NCBI GenBank assembly: GCA_965263185.1
Contig: OZ253588.1
Span: forward strand, 1,665,454-1,729,453
Length of the DNA stretch: 64,000 bases
Source: Dehalococcoidia bacterium
GTDB lineage: Bacteria; Chloroflexota; Dehalococcoidia; Lucifugimonadales; UBA2985
Direction of reading: 5' to 3'
In this document: positions 57,201 to 64,000 of the stretch, one piece after another
Layout: each line of letters opens with the position of its first letter
How positions within the stretch are numbered: the first letter of the stretch is position 1
Notes under the pieces: generated by a model
The model's input: only the letters and a program-made list of their open reading frames with translations
Database searches by the model: none
What the model was told of the DNA's origin: nothing
Translations under genes and position numbers: made by a program

Positions 57201-57443
57201 TCAGCCCTGATTCTCCAGAAGGCTCCTGTCCGTGACCGAGGGCTCCCGCGCCAGCTTTCGGCGTATGGTGGCGACCCACTCTGCATCAAGGCCCAGGGCC
57301 TGCGTCACCACCTCGTCTATCTGGCGGCGCACGGGGTCCTCGTGCATTCGGGGGAATGGCAGCAGGGTATCGTTTTGCAGCCAGTCAAACCAGCTGTCCA
57401 GCAGCGTAAGCTCGGCGGATGGCAGCGCCGCGAAGTTGGGCAA
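57201..57443 (-). CDS. 80-aa hypothetical ORF, copy B
   Basis: Paralog of 53868..54110 with the same in-frame relation to the upstream gene. Confidence 0.45.
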   Translation of the reverse strand: MPNFAALPSAELTLLDSWFDWLQNDTLLPFPRMHEDPVRRQIDEVVTQALGLDAEWVATIRRKLAREPSVTDRSLLENQG

Positions 57444-57527
57444 CTCGCTGACGCTTCGCTTCCGACGGCCGCGCCGTGTCCGTTGCCGGAACGTCCGGTT
57501 CCGAGAGCGATCCTGCTGGGGTGGCGG

Positions 57528-58838
57528 TTAGTGGGGCGGGGCCGTGACCAGGCGCTGCAGGCGCGCCGTGAATACCTCCACCTGCCCCTTTTCTTGGGAA
57601 TCGTGGCGGCTCATGTCGTCCAAACCGTCAATCAGGTACCCGGCGTATTCCGGTGAAGCGTCGATGCGGAGTTCACCGCCGCCACGGGATACACTAGCTA
57701 TTCTATGGAGCGGCAACTGGGAGACGTGCTTGTCGTCCCAACTGTTGGACACGAACAGGAGCCGTCGATTGGTGGCGGCAATGACACCGTTGTGAGAGTC
57801 CGTCGATTCCCGTCGCGGCCGGTACCTGCCCCAGAGCAGGGCCTCAAGGTGTTCGTCGTTATCGAGAATCTCGCCCAGCTTATTGCGCTCGTTTCCGTGG
57901 TTGCCCCGGTAGCCCCATATCGGGTGTAGCAGCCGCCAGTCAGCGAGAATCCTGGGTTGCCCGGAAACCTGCCGTGGCGCAGCCGCGTGTTCCCGCATAA
58001 TGTTGACGAAAGGCAAGGCGTCAGCCTCCCGCCGGAAGTGGGCTGCGTATACTTGGCCTCCCTGGTCAACGAACCTGACCTCTTGACCTTCCGTGTATTC
58101 CACTGCCAGGATTGTCCCGGGGGGGCAGCTTGCGATTATTTCCTCCTCCCGCCTATGAAGGAGCACATCGGTGTGCACAGCGAGCGTAATGAGCAGTATA
58201 CGGCGCTCGGTGGCCACAGCGAGCGCCGGCAAGCCATGCCGTGACGTAGACCAAGATTCCGGAGTGTGACCCCCGCTCGGGCCGCCCCCACTGCCAGGAT
58301 TATGAAAGACTGTCTCCTGTCCCGCTGAGCAGCGCGCCCAGTGCCGGACCTGCTCTCCAAGCGCTAGGACATGGGAAAATGCCACCGCGACCGACTCTTC
58401 GTCGCTCAGCAGATGGCCTCTTACAAACCGGGAGAACTCAGCGGCCGCAAATTGCAAGTCCAGTTCAAAGACTGCTCCCGACTCGCTGTCCGTAGCGCTG
58501 CCATGTCCCGACCCTCTGAGCTTAACCCTGCCGGGTTCCGGTTCCGTGATTTCGTCAATTTCCAGGTAAGTCAGACCAAAGCGGTTCTTGGACAACCGGC
58601 CTCGGTTCAGCAAGATTACCCGGCGCCCGGTAGCGACCACGACCCCCCGGTCATGGCGGGAGCCCCACACTACATTCTTGGTCTCAAAGCCGCATGAGTG
58701 CAGTAGCTCGACGTCTTCGCCGGGTTCCAGAATATCGTAGAGCATCTTGCGCTCGCCCTGGTAGTCTTTCCGGCCCCAGCCCGGTTGCAGGACTTGCCAC
58801 TGGTCGTCGATGCTTCGGATTTTCTCGCGTTTCGGCAT
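57528..58838 (-). CDS. Triple YokE-like PH-domain protein, copy B
   Basis: Paralog of 54195..55511 (436 vs 438 aa). Confidence 0.65.
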   Translation of the reverse strand: MPKREKIRSIDDQWQVLQPGWGRKDYQGERKMLYDILEPGEDVELLHSCGFETKNVVWGSRHDRGVVVATGRRVILLNRGRLSKNRFGLTYLEIDEITEPEPGRVKLRGSGHGSATDSESGAVFELDLQFAAAEFSRFVRGHLLSDEESVAVAFSHVLALGEQVRHWARCSAGQETVFHNPGSGGGPSGGHTPESWSTSRHGLPALAVATERRILLITLAVHTDVLLHRREEEIIASCPPGTILAVEYTEGQEVRFVDQGGQVYAAHFRREADALPFVNIMREHAAAPRQVSGQPRILADWRLLHPIWGYRGNHGNERNKLGEILDNDEHLEALLWGRYRPRRESTDSHNGVIAATNRRLLFVSNSWDDKHVSQLPLHRIASVSRGGGELRIDASPEYAGYLIDGLDDMSRHDSQEKGQVEVFTARLQRLVTAPPH

Positions 58839-58887
58839 GTATCTCCTCCGTACTGCCAATGTTGCCAGGGCATCCTTGGCGGCTCCG

Positions 58888-59178
58888 CTACCCCCTGTCC
58901 CCGCAGACCTCATCCCTAGCCGCCTTCAGGTCATCCAGCGGGGCGGCTTGGCTCACGTAGATGTACTGTTTCTTAGCATCATCCAGGTTCCGGGCAGTGG
59001 GGAACATCATCATCATGCTCTGCTCGAAGACCGGGTCGTTCTCGACCATGCAGTCCAGCGTCTCCTTGATAACCGCCTCCTTGCTGTCGCTGGCGCAGGC
59101 CACCGCTAACAGTATGCCCAAGGCCATGATGATGTACAGCGCACGGCCCCAGCGGCCGCTAACACAGGTAATCGCCAT
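58888..59178 (-). CDS. Small lipoprotein, copy B
   Basis: 2 substitutions in 96 aa relative to copy A. Confidence 0.5.
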   Translation of the reverse strand: MAITCVSGRWGRALYIIMALGILLAVACASDSKEAVIKETLDCMVENDPVFEQSMMMMFPTARNLDDAKKQYIYVSQAAPLDDLKAARDEVCGDRG

Positions 59179-59226
59179 TTTCCAACACCTCTCTGTTTGA
59201 AGGATGCCCGCATCAGGCCGGTGGCG

Positions 59227-59499
59227 CTAACCGCTCTCCATGGTGACCTCCTTGTCTCCCCCGCAGGCGGCAAAGACCATTGTTGTCAACTTTTGACGGA
59301 GACAGGCGTCGGCGTCCTTGATGGCCTGCGCCTTGCGGTGAAACCCCGTCTCCGCTTCCAAGACAATGCGGAGGCCGTCCACATCCGCCACGACGTCCAT
59401 CTTCCTGGTCCCGCCCCTCTGCTCGTAGTCCGCCGGTATCCCGCGCTCCTGAAGGAGCTTTGCCAGGGCGCGGTTCTGGAAGTCCTCTTGCTTATTCAT
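59227..59499 (-). CDS. 90-aa PD-(D/E)xK/HSDR_N-like protein, copy B
   Basis: 4 substitutions in 90 aa relative to copy A. ATG 59499 overlaps the stop of the TIR-like gene (ATGAATAA). Confidence 0.45.
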   Translation of the reverse strand: MNKQEDFQNRALAKLLQERGIPADYEQRGGTRKMDVVADVDGLRIVLEAETGFHRKAQAIKDADACLRQKLTTMVFAACGGDKEVTMESG

Positions 59500-60310
59500 A
59501 AGCACGATTGGCGTCTATGTCGAGCCCTGCGCTCTTCATTTCTCCGATTAGTTTCGTCTTCCAACCTCCGCCCTCATCTAGCGGAATATAGAGGACTCCT
59601 GAATAGTCTGAGGGTATCTCCAAGTCCTCCTTCATCAGGGCACGAACTTTGTCCCGGCCGAACTTCCCGACAAAGTATCCGAGCTCGAAAATCACGTTCT
59701 GCCTTGCGCGGGGTTTCAATTCATCAGCGTTGGGACCGCCTACGTCGTCCGGCGTGAGCAGCGCCACTACGAAATCTCCCCTGGCATTTTCCTCAAACTT
59801 CTCGATTACAGTGAGGCCACGGTCGGGCTGCTCCTCCAGAATCACCGGCTCAAGTCCTAGTTTCCGCAGAAAGCCCGCGACTGTATCCCTGGTACCGTGG
59901 TCCCTACCGTGAATCACGAACACACGGTTGGTGATAACTGGCTGCGGTACTTGCGGAGCTTCAGGAGTGGATGGCTCCTGAGGATCTTCCCAGTTCTCGT
60001 GTACATCACGGATCATTGACCTGAGTCTGGCGGAGGCTTTATCCAGACCTCTCGTGTAGGCTTCTTGATATTGGGCCATTAGGGTGCCATTCGCGATTGA
60101 AACTGTGGGAGTATAGTGTATGGCTTCAAAATCTTTAACGTATCTGGAGGTTTCACCAAAAGCGTTAATAATGGCTGTTTTGGTGTCGCTCCCCCATTCG
60201 GTAAACTCAGGTGGGTCAAACCTTAGCCGTTTCAACTCGGGTACGCCATCCAGTTGTCGTTGGAGGCGTCTTATTGCAGTCTCTTTAGTCGGTCTGGGCA
60301 TAGTGCTCAC
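59492..60310 (-). CDS. Protein with C-terminal TIR-like nucleotide-binding domain (Cap12/PycTIR-type) and unknown N-terminal domain
   Basis: VFVIHGRDHGTRD.V..FL.KLGLEPVIL.EQP.....IEKFEE......F.VALLTPDD.......RARQNVIFELGYF.GK.GR..V resembles the PF10137/COG4271 pattern. AT-richer than the flanks. Confidence 0.65.
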   Translation of the reverse strand: MSTMPRPTKETAIRRLQRQLDGVPELKRLRFDPPEFTEWGSDTKTAIINAFGETSRYVKDFEAIHYTPTVSIANGTLMAQYQEAYTRGLDKASARLRSMIRDVHENWEDPQEPSTPEAPQVPQPVITNRVFVIHGRDHGTRDTVAGFLRKLGLEPVILEEQPDRGLTVIEKFEENARGDFVVALLTPDDVGGPNADELKPRARQNVIFELGYFVGKFGRDKVRALMKEDLEIPSDYSGVLYIPLDEGGGWKTKLIGEMKSAGLDIDANRAYE

Positions 60311-60380
60311 TTTCAGGGCGCGATGTTAATAGAAGGCGGTAGTTTCAGGCTGGCCGCGCCTGACAAAGGCTGCAAACCCG

Positions 60381-60389
60381 ATTATAGCA
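60381..60389 (-). promoter_or_regulatory. Extended -10 element TGCTATAAT upstream of the TIR-like operon
   Basis: Perfect TGnTATAAT on the minus strand, about 70 nt upstream of the start codon. No good -35. Confidence 0.35.
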
Positions 60390-60467
60390 CATTTAATCCA
60401 CTGCGTACCGCAATCGGGCTCCTGCAAGCCATCATCTGAAAACAGGCGACCTTGGATGTTGGGCCAC

Positions 60468-60565
60468 CCGGTTCCGCTCCCCCCTCCGCCCTTCGACATG
60501 CTCAGGACGAGCGGAACACCCTTGCCTGCTTTCGTAGGGGCGTCTCGCCTCCGCCCCTACGTAGC
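60468..60565. repeat. Composite intergenic hairpin repeat, locus R9
   Basis: CCGCTCC..CCCTTCGACATGCTCAGGACGAGCGG plus hairpin GTAGGGGCG-N9-CGCCCCTAC. Confidence 0.8.
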
Positions 60566-60697
60566 ATCGCATGGCCCGGAGCTCTCCCAACGACAATGCG
60601 GCCGCAGTTGAAATCTCCAGGCGCTTGGGCTATCATAGCAAGTGAACCAAAGCACAATCGCCTTTCAGCTCACTCACCTGGGGGTCACAGAGCAGCC

Positions 60698-61177
60698 ATG
60701 AGCCAGCTAGAATCAAACGACCGGTCGGAGCCATACGTTCCTCCCGTGGCTCAGGAGGAGGGTACCGTCCTTGCCCATCGAGCCAAGCTCTTTGTGGCTA
60801 TCGGCGTCTTTGTCCTGGCGCTGGGGTACCTGGGGTTCACGGCCTTCCAGGGCGCCAGCGCATACTATCTCACCGTGGGCGAGATGAAGGCCAAGGGCGC
60901 TTCGATTTACGATGAAAACCTGAGGGTCAGCGGCAAGCTGGAGCCCACATCTTTCAATCGAGACTCCACCGGAACGATAGTCCACTTCTCCCTTGTTGAT
61001 ACCAACGGCGTGGAGACTATGGACGCGGTCTACGATGGTCCGGTGCCGGACCTGTTCTTCAATGAGCACTCGGAGATAGTGCTGGAGGGCACCTACGGCG
61101 CCGATGGCCTGTTCGACGCCCAGGCTATTATGGTCAAGTGCCCCTCCAAGTACCAGGCGGTTGAGGAGAGCGCCTGA
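60698..61177 (+). CDS. ccmE: Cytochrome c maturation haem chaperone CcmE, CxxxY variant
   Basis: TM anchor, then YYLTVGEM......LRVSGKL OB-fold and C-terminal AQAIMVKCPSKYQ (Cys where canonical CcmE has His). Start trimmed to MSQLES. Confidence 0.8.
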   Translation: MSQLESNDRSEPYVPPVAQEEGTVLAHRAKLFVAIGVFVLALGYLGFTAFQGASAYYLTVGEMKAKGASIYDENLRVSGKLEPTSFNRDSTGTIVHFSLVDTNGVETMDAVYDGPVPDLFFNEHSEIVLEGTYGADGLFDAQAIMVKCPSKYQAVEESA

Positions 61178-61219
61178 TTCCGTTGGCGCGGCGTCCAGTG
61201 GCGCCTTTAGGGAAAAACC

Positions 61220-61252
61220 AAGAGCGCCCCTTCCGGCAGAAGGGGCGCTCTT
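61220..61252. terminator. Bidirectional intrinsic terminator between ccmE and korB
   Basis: Perfect 13-bp stem AAGAGCGCCCCTT/AAGGGGCGCTCTT with a 7-nt loop. GGTTTTTCC follows on the minus strand and GTTGTTGG on the plus strand. Confidence 0.55.
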
Positions 61253-61280
61253 GTTGTTGGTCCGGTTTGGGGCGGGCGTG

Positions 61281-62147
61281 TTAGATCCGGAAGGCGGCTA
61301 GCTGCTGGTCAGCGTTCCTCTGGGGAGCCTTTTCCCGCATCACATCCGCGCGCTGGTCCAACGACACTGACTCGTCGTTCTGATACAGGATGCCCAGGGG
61401 GAGGCCCTCCTGTTGAAGCAGGTTGTAGGCGGCCTGCCTGTCGGTTGCGTCGTGGTCTTCGGGTATGTCCCACACAATCGGCTCAATCCCCTTCTTCACG
61501 TTGCCCTTTAGCTGGTCGTAGTTGTCGTTGTAGGTGGTGCAAGGGGATTGCACGTGTACGATGGAGAAGCCGGGGTGCTTCATGCCCTGAGTGATCAGGT
61601 TTGCCAGGTCCCTGATCTTGCTGGAGAAGCCGGAGGCTACAAAGCTGACGCCCAGGGTTATGTACAGCTCCAGCGGGTTGAGGGCGTTCTCCAGCTTGCC
61701 GAAGGGGGTTGTGGGCGTGATGACGCCCAGGTCCGTGGTGGGCGAGCTCTGGCCCTTGGTCAGGCCGTAGACGCCGTTATCCATGATGACTACGGTTACG
61801 TTCAGGTTCCTCTGGGCCTGTGGGGCTATGTGCTCCCCGCCGATGCTCAGGAAGTCGCCGTCTCCGGATATCACCACCACGTTCAGGTCTGGGTTGCCCA
61901 TCTTGACGCCGAAGGCCACCGGAAGCGACCTTCCGTGGAGGCCGTGAATGCCAAAGGGCTGCACGCCGTCCAGGAGGTGCACCAGGTTGCCGGAGCACCC
62001 GATACCCGCCACCACCACGGTGTTCTCCATGGGCATTTCCATCTCTATGTTGCGCTTCTCCACCCCCATCTCCAGCGCCCTCTTGACGCCAAAGTCTCCG
62101 CAGCCGGGGCACCACTTGAAGTCGTACTCGGGATTTTTCTTGCTCAT
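61281..62147 (-). CDS. korB: 2-oxoacid:ferredoxin oxidoreductase beta subunit (TPP-binding)
   Basis: WCPGCGDFG and GDGDFLSIGGEH TPP motifs. Start trimmed to MSKKNPEY, in ATGA overlap with korA. Confidence 0.88.
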   Translation of the reverse strand: MSKKNPEYDFKWCPGCGDFGVKRALEMGVEKRNIEMEMPMENTVVVAGIGCSGNLVHLLDGVQPFGIHGLHGRSLPVAFGVKMGNPDLNVVVISGDGDFLSIGGEHIAPQAQRNLNVTVVIMDNGVYGLTKGQSSPTTDLGVITPTTPFGKLENALNPLELYITLGVSFVASGFSSKIRDLANLITQGMKHPGFSIVHVQSPCTTYNDNYDQLKGNVKKGIEPIVWDIPEDHDATDRQAAYNLLQQEGLPLGILYQNDESVSLDQRADVMREKAPQRNADQQLAAFRI

Positions 62148-63859
62148 ACCTGCACCAGCTCCTTCTTTATGGCTTCCATCCTGTCCATTATCCTTGCCTT
62201 GAGGTCTTTGACCTTGAAGGGAGTACCGGTGTACTGCGTGATGGACTCCGCCTTTACGCCCATCGAGCGCAACACGCTGGACAGCTGTCCAAGGTAGTTC
62301 AACTCCGGCACCAGCACCAACTCCTTCTGCTTGAGCTCCTCCAGCAGCTTTGGCGATAGTGGGTTGAGGAACATGGTGTAGTACCACCCAATGCTCTGCC
62401 CCTCTGCCATCATCTGATCGTAGGCGTCCCTGGTGGATCCCTTGGAACCGCCCCAAGTCATCAGGGCTATGGGCTCTTCCGGGTTCTCGCATTCGTAGTT
62501 TTCGTTCTCCAGGAGCTTCAGCTTGCCGAAGCGGCGCTCGGTCATCTCGATGTGCCGGATTGGCAGGTGCGTGGTGTCTCCCATGCCGTCGTGCTCGCTG
62601 GCGTTGGCGATGTAGGAGCCGGGGCCGCCGGGGATTGGCATGGGCGACATCTCTGCGCCGGCGTACCGCTCGTACCCGTTTCGCCCCTGGTACGTACTCC
62701 TTCTCTCATCCACCACCTTACTCAGATCCGGCTTTGGGATGTTCTGCGCCTGCTCCGATAGCGCGTGGTCGCTGAGCAGGATCACGGGCCCCTGGTATCG
62801 CTCCGCCCAGCTGAGGGCGGTGATGGCCGCGTAGAAGCACTCCTCAACGCTGCCTGGGGCGATGATCGGGATGCTGGCGTCTCCGTGTGCGGGATGAAGC
62901 GAGATGAGCAGGTCTGACTGCTCAACCTTTGTTGGGAGTCCCGTTGCCGGGCCACCCCTCTGCACGTCCACTATAACCGCCGGGATCTCCGCCATCCAGG
63001 CCATGCCTATGCCCTCGCTCATAAGGCTGAGACCCGGCCCGGAGGTGGAGGTCATGGCCTTCTTCCCTGCGTAGCCCGCCCCAGCTATGGCGTTGATAGA
63101 CTCTATCTCAGAGCTGGCCTGGTATACGAACTTCCCCGGCCCCGTCAGGTTACGCTCCATGTACACCAGAACGGTGGTTGCCGGAGATATGGGGTAGCCC
63201 ACAAAGAAGTCCAGCCCTGCTGCTATGGCCCCCAGTGACAGGGCATCATTGCCCTTTATCAGGATCTGCTCACCCTCAGGCGGCTGTGGGTCCTCCAACT
63301 CGCCCAGGCTGAAGCCGCTCTTCTTGGCTTCCTCGCTCCCCAGGGTAAGGGCCATAATGTTGCCCTTGATGATCTCCGCGTCACCGGGGCGGCCGCGAGT
63401 GAACCTCTTGGTGACGAACTCCGGCAGGTAGTGCTCCGGCATGTTGACCAGGTAGGCTATGGCTCCCAGTATGACCATGTTGGCAGCCCGTGGGTTCCCG
63501 GTGGACTTTGCCAACTCATCTATCCGCATTCCAAAGCTCTGGCCGTCCGATTCCAACTGGAAATCCTCGGAGTTATAGATTATCACCCCGCCGTCTCTGA
63601 CCTCCGCTTTGTGGGTGTCATACGCCTCACGGTCGAAGGCGACCAGAACGTCTAACTCATCGCCGTAGCTCAAGGCGGGCGAGGTTGAGATCCGGGCCTG
63701 GGCGAACGTGGGGCCGCCCATGATCTGGGACGGGAAGGTGACGTAGGTCTTTACGTGGTACCCCACCTGGGCGGTCACCTGAGCCAGCAACTCCGCCGAG
63801 GTTACCAAGCCGCCACCGCCTTCACCTGCAAATCGGACTACGAAGTCTCTATTACCCAT
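62144..63859 (-). CDS. korA: 2-oxoacid:ferredoxin oxidoreductase alpha subunit (fused gamma-alpha)
   Basis: N-terminal gamma-like FAGEGGGGLVT...TFPSQIMGGP, then alpha-like GYPISPATT and GPGLSLMSEG. Confidence 0.88.
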   Translation of the reverse strand: MGNRDFVVRFAGEGGGGLVTSAELLAQVTAQVGYHVKTYVTFPSQIMGGPTFAQARISTSPALSYGDELDVLVAFDREAYDTHKAEVRDGGVIIYNSEDFQLESDGQSFGMRIDELAKSTGNPRAANMVILGAIAYLVNMPEHYLPEFVTKRFTRGRPGDAEIIKGNIMALTLGSEEAKKSGFSLGELEDPQPPEGEQILIKGNDALSLGAIAAGLDFFVGYPISPATTVLVYMERNLTGPGKFVYQASSEIESINAIAGAGYAGKKAMTSTSGPGLSLMSEGIGMAWMAEIPAVIVDVQRGGPATGLPTKVEQSDLLISLHPAHGDASIPIIAPGSVEECFYAAITALSWAERYQGPVILLSDHALSEQAQNIPKPDLSKVVDERRSTYQGRNGYERYAGAEMSPMPIPGGPGSYIANASEHDGMGDTTHLPIRHIEMTERRFGKLKLLENENYECENPEEPIALMTWGGSKGSTRDAYDQMMAEGQSIGWYYTMFLNPLSPKLLEELKQKELVLVPELNYLGQLSSVLRSMGVKAESITQYTGTPFKVKDLKARIMDRMEAIKKELVQV

Positions 63860-64000
63860 ATTTCCCTCCTGTGCTATCAGAATATCGCGGCCTGAATGGC
63901 GCGACTAAGGAACGGACGAGGAGCCGCGGACTTGCGGTATGAGGGGAGGGTCTCGGACGATAGAGAATAGCTGTGGGGCAGAGTAACGAAACCTCCCGTC

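Larger units (their letters stand above)
57201..59505 (-). repeat. Segmental duplication, copy B of the four-ORF cassette
   Basis: Collinear with 53868..56172. Near-identical outside a few short diverged patches. Confidence 0.9.

Noticed and set aside
53868-59505. Duplicated cassette as an IS element or transposon, or its hypervariable patches as a diversity-generating retroelement target
   Set aside because: No transposase, integrase, reverse transcriptase or terminal inverted repeats are present. Duplication borders coincide with coding borders. The substitutions between copies are not adenine-specific, and there is no template-repeat/variable-repeat pair.

Overview
GC-rich bacterial chromosomal segment. 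Its gene content would fit a Chloroflexota-like environmental or symbiont lineage, but that assignment is inference only: split glycine dehydrogenase gcvPA/gcvPB, 2-oxoacid:ferredoxin oxidoreductase, a CxxxY-type CcmE, an LRR protein of the plant-specific class, and many REP-like repeats. Most of the window is tightly packed housekeeping: a 5'-truncated TPP enzyme, trxB, rnhA, gcvT-H-PA-PB, otsA/otsB, lipA, metG, rsmI, lepA, thiL-tsaE-tsaB, ndk, rsfS, mnmA, an rnhB-yraN fusion, thiE, ccmE, korAB and three tRNAs. Accessory or unusual content: (1) a modular hairpin repeat family filling at least nine intergenic gaps; (2) a cobalamin riboswitch controlling a membrane protein plus a DUF4430 lipoprotein; (3) a 1117-aa lipoprotein with a PT linker, PWxxDG repeats and a C-terminal HExxH domain; (4) a low-GC restriction-modification islet with one methylase and two nuclease folds; (5) a 15-repeat LRR lipoprotein; (6) two unannotated desulforedoxin-like mini-ORFs. 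The best candidate for an undescribed system is the 53.9-60.4 kb island between thiE and ccmE. It holds a four-ORF cassette: a mini PD-(D/E)xK-like protein, a small lipoprotein, a triple bacterial-PH-domain protein, and an 80-aa ORF in frame behind a single TAA. The cassette is present as two diverged tandem copies flanking a VapBC pair. The second copy is translationally coupled to an AT-rich gene for a TIR-like (Cap12/PycTIR-type) protein, and no known signal-generating partner is nearby. All domain calls come from reading the translations by eye; no database search was run.
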